Assembly: GCA_016704485.1 (NCBI GenBank)
Contig: JADJAA010000001.1
Span: forward strand, 1,554,824-1,618,823
Reading direction: 5' to 3'
DNA from: Flavobacteriales bacterium
Lineage (GTDB): Bacteria; Bacteroidota; Bacteroidia; Flavobacteriales_F; PHOS-HE28
Length of the DNA stretch: 64,000 nucleotides
How positions within the stretch are numbered: position 1 is the stretch's first letter; each line of letters starts with the position of its first letter. Shown here piece by piece: positions 35,458 to 45,546 of this stretch. The notes under the pieces were generated by a model that saw only the letters and a program-made list of their open reading frames with translations, ran no database searches and was not told where the DNA came from. The position numbers and the translations under genes are program-made.

Positions 35458-36426
35458 TCAAGCCTTTATGAACTCGTTCACAAAAGCTTGTACAAATTGC
35501 TTGGCTAAAGCAGAGTAAGGCTTGGTCGGCTCTGTCAGTTGCATCAGCAATTCCACCTCTTGCTCGATCATCGCCTCAATTGTTCCTGTGGTCTTTTTTA
35601 CAAGTTTGTTCAATGTACGTGTTGGTACTTTATCCTTGAATGATCTGATATCCTTACCGATCTCGTTCGATAGGTCGATCAATTTCAAGATCATCTCAAA
35701 ACGCATTTTTAATCGCAGAATGTATTCTCTGCGCATATCGACCAACCCCTTTCTATTCAAGCCGTAGATCTCAATGGAACGGATCGCTTTTTGCCAATGG
35801 ATCTCCCTTTTTATCACGTTCTCTGATGAGGGCAAAGCAATGGCCTTCATTACTCCTGAGTCATCGTATTCCAAGTATTTGCTAGGTTCGTCCGTACAAG
35901 GGTTCAACAACAAACATTGTTCGCCTGAAATATCGAACAGCGGCGCACTCGCACGCATTGTTTCATCAAACAATGGAAAAGAGTTTGCCTTTCCTTGTTT
36001 TAGCTTTTTCCATTGATAGGACCCATCTATGGGGTTCTTTCGATACACATATTGATAGCGCGCTCTATTGCAGTCTATGCATGAAGGGAGTAGATTATCC
36101 CATTCCATTGCGAGCTTAGCATATACACCTACTTTAGTTTCGGTCTTGTTCGTCAATTCTACGAGCACTTCGGATTTGGGTCTGAAATGCTCAATATCCA
36201 GCGGTTGTGTGCGCGTGTAAGGTGATTCGCAATATGCACATTTACCATGGAACATAAGCTCCAACAACTCAGGCACTTTTTCGTGCTTGTAAAGCTTGAA
36301 ATCGGGCTTTAGGTCCTTGTGGAAATCGCTTCGAAGCCATGCTTCCACCTCTTCCTTTTCTTTGTTGAAGGCATCCGAGGTTATGGTAAGTGCCTGCGGG
36401 GCATTTACGCGTTTTCGTTTGATCAT
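35458..36426 (-). CDS. HNH endonuclease of the TIGR02646/PtuB type (Septu-like nuclease component)
   Basis: HNH motifs GKCAYCESPYTRTQPLDIEHFRPKS...WDNLLPSCIDCNRARYQ. 322 aa. Lies immediately downstream of the ATPase gene. Confidence 0.7.
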   Translation of the reverse strand: MIKRKRVNAPQALTITSDAFNKEKEEVEAWLRSDFHKDLKPDFKLYKHEKVPELLELMFHGKCAYCESPYTRTQPLDIEHFRPKSEVLVELTNKTETKVGVYAKLAMEWDNLLPSCIDCNRARYQYVYRKNPIDGSYQWKKLKQGKANSFPLFDETMRASAPLFDISGEQCLLLNPCTDEPSKYLEYDDSGVMKAIALPSSENVIKREIHWQKAIRSIEIYGLNRKGLVDMRREYILRLKMRFEMILKLIDLSNEIGKDIRSFKDKVPTRTLNKLVKKTTGTIEAMIEQEVELLMQLTEPTKPYSALAKQFVQAFVNEFIKA

Positions 36427-36434
36427 TGAAGAGC

Positions 36435-38822
36435 TCAGTTGTTCAGGCGCCAGGAAGCATCCGTTAAAGCCTCTATTATCTTCTTAGTGGGTTTGGGAAA
36501 TCGTACGTTGGTCGGTGACTTCATCAAGTGCTCATCGATCAGCCTCAACAAGTACATATCACGCCGACTACTACCGAGAATGCTCTTTCTGTTGAGTCGT
36601 TCATGTAGATCCTTCAGTTGTGCCTTACCCGAATCATCTAACGCCGATGCCTTCGCTATGAGGTTGTAATAGCGGTCAAAGAATTCAGCTGTGCGCGGGT
36701 CCAGGGTTGTACTTAATCCGAATAATTCTGAGGTAAGGAGCTGGTCGGAACGTAAGCCAGCCGGCGAATCCATGTCGTCGTGTACTGTAGCCATGGAAGG
36801 GTCGTCCACATTTCTCTTGACCAATGCTACTTCACCAGCACCCAGCCCATGCAGGCATAGTGGCTCATGGGTGCTCGCGATGAATTGGATAAGCGGAAAT
36901 GTCTGTTCCAATCTTCTTAAGATGCTCATGCGCCAACTCGGGTGCAGATGTGCACCGATCTCATCAATTAGTACCACGCCTCTAATTTGATGCGTATCCG
37001 TTGGATTGCCTGCCATTATATCACAGGCTAGACCAACCATGGTCTTGTAACCCGCACTAAAATGCTTTAAGCGGGTGAATGACCCGTTCACGAAAAGCCC
37101 GAATTGTGTTGGCTTGTTGTTTTCAAATTGAAAGTCGAGACGTGTAGAATTATCTGTAAGATCCAGCAGGTCCTTCAAGGCCACACAAACATCGAAGAAC
37201 TGCTGTTGATTCTTTACCACTATGGTACGTAACCACTCTTCGGCATCTACCATGGGATAGAACGGGTCAAAGAGGTTCTGGATGTTCTTATTCACTCCCC
37301 TTTTCTCTAACAGATCAGAACTCTTGCCTTTTTGCGGCAGCAATCGAACAGGCCCGTATGCACGAAGAAATATATTCGGGACCTCACCTTGCTCCCATTT
37401 TAATCCGCTATTCGTGATGTTCACTACGATAGGATCTGTTCGCTGATGAAAGTAGACTTCAATTCTACCTGACGTAGCTCCACGCCTCAAGCTAGTGCTG
37501 AAATGCTCCTTCATCTTACTCAAGGCTTTCTTGCCGCTGAGTATCAATGCAAGTGCTTCGAGCAGCGAACTTTTTCCTGACCCGTTCTCACCCAGCAGCA
37601 TTTTCCAACCGCTGTGTCGAAAGGTTTCCTGTTGTGGAGATTCGGAGCCGTTTTCGTCGATCGTCTTCCGGCGTTCCTCTTGATTGCCTCCCGCTGTTTC
37701 CGTGTTCAAGTCTAAGTTCAGTTCACGTTCTGTGTCTACTAGGTCTTTCGGGCGTTCTTGGGGGATCAAGAATACAGCCTTCTCGAAGATCCTGTAATTC
37801 TCAACTATTAATTTGCTAATGGTCAGCGCTTGATGCGCGACTTTCTCCTTGGACGGCGCATTCTCTGTGGCGGTTTTCGGAGGAGTTCTTTGCGCCTCGG
37901 AACTCGTCTTCTTTGGAGACTCCTTATTAGCGCGTGTTGATCCCGGTTTCGTACGCGCTCCGGTCTCAGCTTCTAATAAGGACCCAGGCTTATTGAGCCC
38001 TTTGCTTATTGTTTCGACGTGCAGGCCGTCGCCTTGAATGAGGATTTTTAGTCCGAAGTCCTCCTTAAGAACATGGTTACTCAGATTCCGCATTGGACTT
38101 TGCGGGTCTATCAGTCCTTTCAAGAAGTGATCTTCTTCTACGGTTCGAGGTAGTTTCTCACCCTTTTTTTTAAGAACCAGAGACTTTGTCAAGTCGCGAA
38201 CTCGGTGAACCATATCACTCCTTCTATTGATGGCGGATTTCCGGTTCAGGTCCAGAGTTTCAATGGTCACCTCGGCTCGTCGCTTCTGCATGTGCCCTAA
38301 AGTGGAACGAGGCTTTATCATTCCATTAGATGAATAGTCGAAGTACTCCTCCGGATCGTCTTCATAAGGATTCAGCAAATACGGTTCTTCTTTCTCGAGC
38401 GCACTCCCCCGAGGCTGGTCATCAGCATGCTTGATAGGAACACGTTTTCCGGCGATGGGAAACTGTGCTCCCTTTGCAAAACTGCACTCATTGCATATGG
38501 GTAGCATGTTCTGCCAATCAAACAATAGCCACCAATAGTGGTCGCCAACCTGCTCATTTGGTTCCACTTTTACCGGTCGGTACAGGTCGATGTGTACCGT
38601 CTTTTCATTCAAGGGTGCTTCGCAATACGCACATGCATTATTGGAGGTTTCCAGAAGATCTCGGTTTACATCACGAGAATACTGTGGAGCCTTGTGTCTT
38701 ATCTGGCTTCGCTTCTCTAAAGGTTGCGCATAAAACTTCCGAAGTTCATTGAACGTCTTCTCTCCTTCCGTACTGTACTGTAGGTCTGGTGGAGATACTT
38801 TACTTCGGTTCAGTTTTCTCAT
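36435..38822 (-). CDS. AAA_21/ABC-type ATPase (PtuA-like) with an additional N-terminal HNH-like domain
   Basis: N-terminal HNH-like region NACAYCEAPLNEKTVHIDLYRPVK...WQNMLPICNECSFAKG. A low-complexity linker is followed by Walker A MLLGENGSGKSSLLEAL, Walker B VVLIDEIGAHLHP and FIASTHEP. Confidence 0.7.
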   Translation of the reverse strand: MRKLNRSKVSPPDLQYSTEGEKTFNELRKFYAQPLEKRSQIRHKAPQYSRDVNRDLLETSNNACAYCEAPLNEKTVHIDLYRPVKVEPNEQVGDHYWWLLFDWQNMLPICNECSFAKGAQFPIAGKRVPIKHADDQPRGSALEKEEPYLLNPYEDDPEEYFDYSSNGMIKPRSTLGHMQKRRAEVTIETLDLNRKSAINRRSDMVHRVRDLTKSLVLKKKGEKLPRTVEEDHFLKGLIDPQSPMRNLSNHVLKEDFGLKILIQGDGLHVETISKGLNKPGSLLEAETGARTKPGSTRANKESPKKTSSEAQRTPPKTATENAPSKEKVAHQALTISKLIVENYRIFEKAVFLIPQERPKDLVDTERELNLDLNTETAGGNQEERRKTIDENGSESPQQETFRHSGWKMLLGENGSGKSSLLEALALILSGKKALSKMKEHFSTSLRRGATSGRIEVYFHQRTDPIVVNITNSGLKWEQGEVPNIFLRAYGPVRLLPQKGKSSDLLEKRGVNKNIQNLFDPFYPMVDAEEWLRTIVVKNQQQFFDVCVALKDLLDLTDNSTRLDFQFENNKPTQFGLFVNGSFTRLKHFSAGYKTMVGLACDIMAGNPTDTHQIRGVVLIDEIGAHLHPSWRMSILRRLEQTFPLIQFIASTHEPLCLHGLGAGEVALVKRNVDDPSMATVHDDMDSPAGLRSDQLLTSELFGLSTTLDPRTAEFFDRYYNLIAKASALDDSGKAQLKDLHERLNRKSILGSSRRDMYLLRLIDEHLMKSPTNVRFPKPTKKIIEALTDASWRLNN

Positions 38823-38823
38823 C

Positions 38824-40638
38824 TTAACTATGTGCTATTCTGTGGAACGTGTTCGCCAAATAGTGCTTCGGGTTAGTCCTGGCGATCAGGTCGAATTGTG
38901 CTTCGCTCAGGCCGGCCAGCATATTGGCATAGAGCTCCTTTTCTGATAGGTGGTTCCTCACGACAAAAAAGTCTGTACCGAACAGGACCCGTTCACCGAG
39001 TTTCTTCACTGAATGGTCGATCGTCTTTTTCAGTAACGGTTGTATCCACGGATCGTGCAATATGTAACTGATATCTGCATAAACGTTCTCATAGCGCAAC
39101 ATCATACTGCAAATGATCGTGTACCAGTCAGCTTCCATCCAGTGAGCGTAGACACGTGTCCATTGGATGCGCTTGTGTTCGTTGTCATAATACGATCGAT
39201 GAAATAATCCGCTTTCAGCATGCAGGTTCAGATCTTGGTTGTACTGGTCATTATCGGCTTCTAAATGTCGTTTCCATTCATCAACACCACCAAAATGTGC
39301 CAAGCAGATCTTCAATTGAGAAAGTGATCGGAATTTTTCATCGGGACCTTTTTCGAACAACGTTTGAATTCGGGGTTGGCAGCTCACGAGGTGCTCCCTC
39401 AAGAGGTCATCATCCAGCAGGCAGAGGTAGTTCAATGGATGTGTGTAGTTCTTTTGAAAGTCGATTCCGCGAAGTTCCAACAGGTCAATGGGTGCGATCA
39501 CCGTATCGTCATGTGCGTCCTCTATTCCGGTTGAACGCTTGAAGACAGGATGCTTTGCCATTTCATCAGTGATCTTGTCTCGGGAATATATTGTGCCATG
39601 CACGCAATGGGTCATGATCGGTAAACCTTCCTGAGCTGCATACGCCCACACGGGCAATAGGTCTTCATCGAAAGGATAATAACCTAAAGCCGGGTAGATC
39701 TTGAATCCGCAGCAACCATTGCTTAGATACTTCTGGACTTTACATTCAAGCAAGACTACTTTACCGTATTCTACTTTCCACTTGAAGAAGTCATCCTCTT
39801 CACGAATTCGGCGTGGATCAATGAAGATGAAAGGCAGTATTTGATGTCCATGATCTTCACCTTTGGTAAGTTTTACAAGCCCTTCCATTTGTTTGTGGAA
39901 ATCACCTAATCGGTGGACCTTCCCCGCACCCATGTATTTCATATCCATTGGTAGAACAATGAATTTGGTTTCGGCTGGGTACTGGGCCCGGAGTTTTTGA
40001 AAGAGTAGACTTAGTCGCCTTTGGTCATCACCGGTTTTCGCACTTTTCGTCTCGTAACCATAAGAGCTGAAGCGTGCGATAAGTACGTATCGCTCCAAAA
40101 GGTCCATGTACTCCGTAGCAGGAAAGCTCTTGATCATTGGAACAAACTTTTGTAGAAGGAACCAGATCTGTCTTCGAACGGCTGGGATGAATGCAATAAT
40201 TGCTGCTACGAATATGGTCTTGATCGCCCAGTGTAATTCATGAAAGTATAATTTATACTTTACAAGTAACGCCAAGAACGCCGCGATATATTTCGACCCG
40301 CCATAGAAGGTGCTTTCAACCAAAACTTCATAAAGGAATAATAACACATAGATCGTAACGATCAAATTAAACGCACCTCGTACAAACTTCAAGAAGCTGT
40401 TTCGTTGGATCCTGTTCTGCGCCTTTACCTTGTTTATGCGTATGGTTTCTTGTGCCGGTTCATACCGCTCGGCATACTTCCGTCGGTTGCACTTCACGTA
40501 AAGTTTCATGAAGTAATCCATTCGCGCCCACTTGTACAACGGCCACGGAAGAATACCCTTTGCATGCTCTGGAGGCACGTGATAGTTGTTGAACAAGTGC
40601 ACGTGGCAGTTCACTATGGGGTCCTTCACTTTACTCAT
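38824..40638 (-). CDS. Amidohydrolase-family (TIM-barrel metal-dependent hydrolase) protein with inserted hydrophobic membrane-like segments
   Basis: N-terminal metal-binding motif HxH (CHVHLF). A hydrophobic insertion follows (FNLIVTIYVLLFLYEVL, IAAFLALLV...IFVAAIIAFIPAV). The C-terminal region is ...LFGTDFFV. Its stop lies 1 nt upstream of the PtuA-like start. Confidence 0.6.
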   Translation of the reverse strand: MSKVKDPIVNCHVHLFNNYHVPPEHAKGILPWPLYKWARMDYFMKLYVKCNRRKYAERYEPAQETIRINKVKAQNRIQRNSFLKFVRGAFNLIVTIYVLLFLYEVLVESTFYGGSKYIAAFLALLVKYKLYFHELHWAIKTIFVAAIIAFIPAVRRQIWFLLQKFVPMIKSFPATEYMDLLERYVLIARFSSYGYETKSAKTGDDQRRLSLLFQKLRAQYPAETKFIVLPMDMKYMGAGKVHRLGDFHKQMEGLVKLTKGEDHGHQILPFIFIDPRRIREEDDFFKWKVEYGKVVLLECKVQKYLSNGCCGFKIYPALGYYPFDEDLLPVWAYAAQEGLPIMTHCVHGTIYSRDKITDEMAKHPVFKRSTGIEDAHDDTVIAPIDLLELRGIDFQKNYTHPLNYLCLLDDDLLREHLVSCQPRIQTLFEKGPDEKFRSLSQLKICLAHFGGVDEWKRHLEADNDQYNQDLNLHAESGLFHRSYYDNEHKRIQWTRVYAHWMEADWYTIICSMMLRYENVYADISYILHDPWIQPLLKKTIDHSVKKLGERVLFGTDFFVVRNHLSEKELYANMLAGLSEAQFDLIARTNPKHYLANTFHRIAHS

Positions 40639-40766
40639 TTTTGATCCAGTGCGTACTGATCACTTATAGAGATCTTATGATGCCAGTACTATCGGTCAGA
40701 AATGCATTGACTTGCCACCACATTATTGTGATGGCTCATGGTCGAATGGAACGTAAATCTGTGGAG

Positions 40767-41864
40767 TTAAGAATTAGGTACTATCTGCACACCAAACCGG
40801 AACTGGAAATTCTTCTTCACGAAATCATCTCCGGAATACCAATTAGCCACTATTCGAACGACGCTATTCAATGCTAAACCTGCGCTGAATTGCCAAAGAT
40901 CGATACCTCCCTCTGACGTACGATCAAGATTATGCCAAAAAACAGCATTTCCACTTATGTGAGAATAGCGCACTTGACCAAAAAGAGCCATGCGATCCTT
41001 AATCCCAGTAAGTGAAAATACCATTTCTGCACCATTATCAAAGTTTTGGCCAACGACATTTGTGTCTACCCCGATCTTAGGAAGATCGAAGGATAATCGA
41101 GGTGCATAATGCAAGCGAATGGACAATCGACGGTTCAGTGAGGTAAATCCGACAATTGGCACACCGAAATTCAAAACCCCGTTTCCGCCACCGCCAAGAA
41201 TACGTTGCACCTGATCTTGGAAAGTGGCGCTGGAGTCTGAAACTGGCACTGTATCTGGCTCACTCGTCTTGTTGCTGATCAGCGCACCAAAACCCATTCG
41301 CACTGGTCCGAAATAATCATAAACAACCTCCGAGTATAGAGATGCTTTCTGTGCTTGCCCACTATACGTGAGGAGATTATTCTTTAGGAGTTTTCCCCGT
41401 TCCTCTTCAGAACTGAAACCATCGTAGAAATATTCCGTCGCAATTCGCCGGACCGCCAAGCCATAAAGCCCTTCTGTTACATCCGGATCGAACCGGATGC
41501 GCAACAATTCTTCTCTGTACGACTGGAAATCCTGCCTTCGCTGTCGATATGCGGCTTTCAGTGAATCGATCAGTTCTTTTGAATCGGCGGAGCGGTCATT
41601 ATCCAGTGCTTGGAACGAAGCTCTTCGGAATGCTTGTTTGTGTTTCTTGTTTTCGGCTCGATCGTCTTTCAAAAATGCATATACACTCTTTACTTGTATT
41701 GACGAATCAGACGGTTCAAGGAATTTATTCAGTTCAACTTTTGTTAAGTCTATGTTGCTTTTCCGAGACTCACTGTTTGGAAAAACAAATGGCCCCGTTT
41801 GTGCGAACATTGTGCATGAGGTTGAAAGCAGGAATATCGCAATTGTTGTTCGTCTCATTGTCAT
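40767..41864 (-). CDS. Secreted hypothetical protein (signal peptide; possible outer-membrane protein)
   Basis: N-terminus MTMRRTTIAIFLLSTSCTMFAQ. No domain recognised. Confidence 0.45.
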   Translation of the reverse strand: MTMRRTTIAIFLLSTSCTMFAQTGPFVFPNSESRKSNIDLTKVELNKFLEPSDSSIQVKSVYAFLKDDRAENKKHKQAFRRASFQALDNDRSADSKELIDSLKAAYRQRRQDFQSYREELLRIRFDPDVTEGLYGLAVRRIATEYFYDGFSSEEERGKLLKNNLLTYSGQAQKASLYSEVVYDYFGPVRMGFGALISNKTSEPDTVPVSDSSATFQDQVQRILGGGGNGVLNFGVPIVGFTSLNRRLSIRLHYAPRLSFDLPKIGVDTNVVGQNFDNGAEMVFSLTGIKDRMALFGQVRYSHISGNAVFWHNLDRTSEGGIDLWQFSAGLALNSVVRIVANWYSGDDFVKKNFQFRFGVQIVPNS

Positions 41865-41884
41865 ATACTTTTCAGTTCAATTAT

Positions 41885-42676
41885 TTAGACTTCTACACCA
41901 TAAGATTCCGTGAACGCCGCTTCAGCGTATGATTTGCTGGCGTAAGCAAACCCTTTGTCTCCCCACAGAGTGGTTCCCCAACTGTTTCGCACGATGAAAT
42001 GATCAGGCGTGTATCCGACAATAGAGACAGCGTGGCCACCTAGGTTGTCGCTGGCACGGTAGCGCGCTAGTTTGCCCCGTGTCTCTTTCGCATCCATAAA
42101 GGCGTTGTCACAGTTCAGCCGGGTGAGAATGGGGCCTTTGTTGGCGATCCAGCGCCGCCATTCATTCAGGTCTTGGCCTAATGAGAAGTAGCGCATCACC
42201 TTCAACTGCGCAGCAATCGCGTAGAACACATCGGTCTCATCCGGATAGAGTATTCCGCGACCGAAAGGCAACACGCTATCCAGCACTGCGCCGTATTTGC
42301 GCGATACATCGAGTGCTGCTTTCAGACTGGTTCCATCGCTTTCAATGAATGAGGTTGGTTTGTCGGTGAATTCATCGATCTCCTTTGCGGCCATCCATGT
42401 AAAGCGCGTGCTAAGCCTACGGTTGGTGGCGATCCTTCCGGCTTTTGCGAAATGCCAACGCAGCACACCTTCGGCGCAAGCCCAGCCAACGCACGAGCCG
42501 GTACTTCCTTGGTCGCCAATGGTCCACCAATCTTCTCGCAAGTCTTTTTTAGGCGGAGGTGGTGCTGGTGCGCGTAGTGCGCCAGCGGCACGTGCTGTGT
42601 GCAAGTTCCAATCGTTTGCGGTGTTCAATGAAGGAAGGCAATTGAGGACGCGGGGAGGTGATTTCTTTGTTGCCAT
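41885..42676 (-). CDS. C1 (papain-like) cysteine peptidase family protein
   Basis: Motif QGSTGSCVGWACAEG around the catalytic Cys. A His-containing region lies near the C-terminus (GGHAVSIVGY). Confidence 0.55.
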   Translation of the reverse strand: MATKKSPPRVLNCLPSLNTANDWNLHTARAAGALRAPAPPPPKKDLREDWWTIGDQGSTGSCVGWACAEGVLRWHFAKAGRIATNRRLSTRFTWMAAKEIDEFTDKPTSFIESDGTSLKAALDVSRKYGAVLDSVLPFGRGILYPDETDVFYAIAAQLKVMRYFSLGQDLNEWRRWIANKGPILTRLNCDNAFMDAKETRGKLARYRASDNLGGHAVSIVGYTPDHFIVRNSWGTTLWGDKGFAYASKSYAEAAFTESYGVEV

Positions 42677-42708
42677 TTTTTTGAGGAATTTGTTGACTTA
42701 AGCTTCGT

Positions 42709-43362
42709 TCATGCGCTCCACCGCCACCCCAACACATCACTCGCCGGGTAACTACTTACACAAACACTATTACTCTGATTACCGCCTAACACCATGATGC
42801 CGGTACCGCGCGTTTCGAGGTAGAAGGCCACATGGCCACTGGTGGTGCTGTTGCCGCGTTTGAAGACTGCGATGCATCCGGGAACGGGCTCGTTAATTTT
42901 TTTGCCCCATTGCAACCAGCTGCGAGCGGCGGCGGAGTTGGTGCCGCGCAAGTTTGCTTTGGTGATGCACCAGTTAACGAATGACGAGCACCATGCCACC
43001 TCATCGGTGGTTGCTTTGAGACCTGTAGTACTGTGGTATTCAATTATGCGCTGGTTATGCTCAGGACCTGGATATTCCTTAACACCGATCTCTGCACGGG
43101 CGATCTTCAACCAAGCAGGCTCATCTATCGGTGGAGCGGTGGCAACCGGTTCGATGTAGGTGGTGCTTACCCAACCGGTAAGTGTGCCATCGCGCAATTT
43201 TGCGCTCACTTGCGCCCAACCATTCCGCGGTCCTTGCAAGAGGTCCAATGCGGTATGCTGCGGTAGGCGACCGATGATGGATCGATTGGTACTTGGGCCT
43301 TCGCGAAGGCGAAGTACAGAGGCGGTGGTGCGGTGAGTTGGCATGGTGTTTCGTTCGAACAA
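42709..43362 (-). CDS. SH3-like + CHAP/NlpC-P60-type amidase domain protein (TIGR02594-like)
   Basis: Conserved Cys in WCSSFVNWC and His in GHVAFY. The N-terminal region is SH3b-like. Confidence 0.5.
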   Translation of the reverse strand: MFERNTMPTHRTTASVLRLREGPSTNRSIIGRLPQHTALDLLQGPRNGWAQVSAKLRDGTLTGWVSTTYIEPVATAPPIDEPAWLKIARAEIGVKEYPGPEHNQRIIEYHSTTGLKATTDEVAWCSSFVNWCITKANLRGTNSAAARSWLQWGKKINEPVPGCIAVFKRGNSTTSGHVAFYLETRGTGIMVLGGNQSNSVCVSSYPASDVLGWRWSA

Positions 43363-44064
43363 AAGTCACGAGAGGATGATCTGCTCACAATACCCAGTTA
43401 CAGGTATTCTGATATTACAGCTGGATATGTTTATAGTAGAAACCAAGTTGAAGCCGACGTTAAGCAGTGCAAATGGTACGCATGCGCATTCGGGCTTTAA
43501 TACCTCCCGCCCATTCCCATCCAAGAAACTTCTATCGATCCATTGTGCATTCATGTGGTACTTCTTGTTGGTGTTACACAAGTACTTCTTCCACCACGTC
43601 GCAGGATCATGTGCGGGTTCTTCTGTCAGCAGGCCAGGAACCCATGATCGGTGTGATCAACTTCTTTGCAAAGGCGAAATAAGCGCATTGTTGAATGCGC
43701 CTACTCCCGAAAAACCCTAGGGTACTACTCCCGAAAAATCATAGGGGTGGAGACCTATACTAACAGTGCGGATTGTCGCGGAAAATGTGTATTGCGTTCT
43801 GCGCGTTGCGATGAATTCGTTGTGCTTTTGTGCAGGATACGATCAGGTACATAGAGGGGAATATCCAAGTACAGCAATGGTTATCGGTGGTCGGTCGGTT
43901 ACGGCTTGGCGTTGTGCAGGAGGTTGCATGGTGCATTACGCGCTTTCGTTGGGTTGCATTTTGTCGGGAGATCCGTAACATAATTTCTGGAATAGCACTG
44001 CGTGTTTTTCGGGAGTACCCCCCTATGAAAAACACGCAGTGCCACCTCGAACGGGGCCGGTACT

Positions 44065-44865
44065 TTGGCCGCCAGAATAGAACCACATTCCATGACCCAG
44101 TTCCGGTACGTCCCCAAGAAAGAATTCACGTGTATCTCGCGTGATTTTTCCCTTCATATTCAACGCGGTCCGGTTGCTTCTCCCCAACCGATCGTGGTGC
44201 CCCAGCTGCGCTTTTCGGTCGACGATGTCAGTAGAGCGCTGGATTCGTTGGCTACTTGCGCGGCTGGGCAAGGGAACCTGCGCGGCATCACCGTTCACTT
44301 CGGGTTGGATAGGAATGGCGCGCTGGATCTGGTATTGCAGTTCGTCTGCATGTACCCGGTAAACGGCACGGCCGATACCTACACCTATACGCCTACCGCT
44401 ACCTACTATGTTATTGTTGGTGGTCATTTGGTGCGTGCACCTGATGCCATAACGAATTGGTTGGCGGATAGCGGCGACCGGTATACGAAGGAGGTGGTGA
44501 AACGCCGCACGGACGGCCCAACGTGGGAGCCTTTCCGGTCGGGTGTGGATGTTACGAGCATCACGTTCCTCTACGAGGGTGAGTTGGATCTGTTGATCGC
44601 CGAGAACGGATTGACCGGGAGCGACCTGCTGGAACTGGTGCCTGCTGCGGAGCCGGCAACATGGAAAGAGGATGGTCACGGTGGCATTGAGGAGAAGGAC
44701 TTTTACCAGAGCCTCTGTTGGGTTGGTGTAGGGGTGGAATTGGATGATGTGGATCACACTGAGAAGTTCAAGAACAAGGGGGCGGATCTGGGTTCGCTCT
44801 GCCCGCCGAATTGTGCATTGCTTTATTTACCGGAAAGAGGGCAACCCCGCAGGCCTGGCTGTTGA
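44065..44865 (+). CDS. Hypothetical protein
   Basis: 266-aa ORF with coding-like composition. No recognisable domain. Confidence 0.35.
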   Translation: MAARIEPHSMTQFRYVPKKEFTCISRDFSLHIQRGPVASPQPIVVPQLRFSVDDVSRALDSLATCAAGQGNLRGITVHFGLDRNGALDLVLQFVCMYPVNGTADTYTYTPTATYYVIVGGHLVRAPDAITNWLADSGDRYTKEVVKRRTDGPTWEPFRSGVDVTSITFLYEGELDLLIAENGLTGSDLLELVPAAEPATWKEDGHGGIEEKDFYQSLCWVGVGVELDDVDHTEKFKNKGADLGSLCPPNCALLYLPERGQPRRPGC

Positions 44866-44886
44866 ACGCATGCGGTTCCTGCACAT

Positions 44887-45546
44887 GTGGTATACTTGGG
44901 CATGGGCGCAGCCGATATCAATAGGATACTCCTCTTAGTGAGCATGAGCATAGCGCTGGGTTTTTGGTTACGGATACCGGTACCTCGCCAACCGGCGTTC
45001 CGGGTGGTGGGTCTGCTGATCGGTGCCGGGCTGCTCATGGAACTAATGGGTGCTGCACTGGCATGGCGAAGCGTGAATAACACCGCGTTCTACAATGGTT
45101 ACGCATTGGTCGATTGCTTGATCGCGCTATGGATCTGCTACCTGATGGTGCCTGCACGGATCCTGGTGGTAGCGATCGGTGCAGCACTCGTGGTCAGTGC
45201 AATGGCATGGGATTTTATGGACCGGGACGCTGACCCGAACGTATTTCTTGGTCGCGGTATCGTGCTTAGCGCGGTAGTACTTACTCTGGTGCTTATGGCC
45301 GTGCTGTGGCAGTTGGCGCAGACCAGTGCTGTGCCGTTGCAGCTCGTGCCAGGGTTCTGGCTCTTCATGGGGCTATTGGTCTACTTCGGTTGCATGTCGC
45401 CGATCCTCACCATCATCGATCGCGTGTACGCGCAGGACCATGCGCTTGCCCAACGGCTCTACCAGATCATGCCGATGCTGTGTGTAACGCGTTATGCCAT
45501 CACTGCATTTGCCTGTAAATTGGAAAGCAGTACCGCACATGGATGA
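44887..45546 (+). CDS. Polytopic membrane protein (possible sensor partner of the downstream kinase)
   Basis: About six hydrophobic helices. Overlaps the kinase start. Confidence 0.45.
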   Translation: MVYLGMGAADINRILLLVSMSIALGFWLRIPVPRQPAFRVVGLLIGAGLLMELMGAALAWRSVNNTAFYNGYALVDCLIALWICYLMVPARILVVAIGAALVVSAMAWDFMDRDADPNVFLGRGIVLSAVVLTLVLMAVLWQLAQTSAVPLQLVPGFWLFMGLLVYFGCMSPILTIIDRVYAQDHALAQRLYQIMPMLCVTRYAITAFACKLESSTAHG

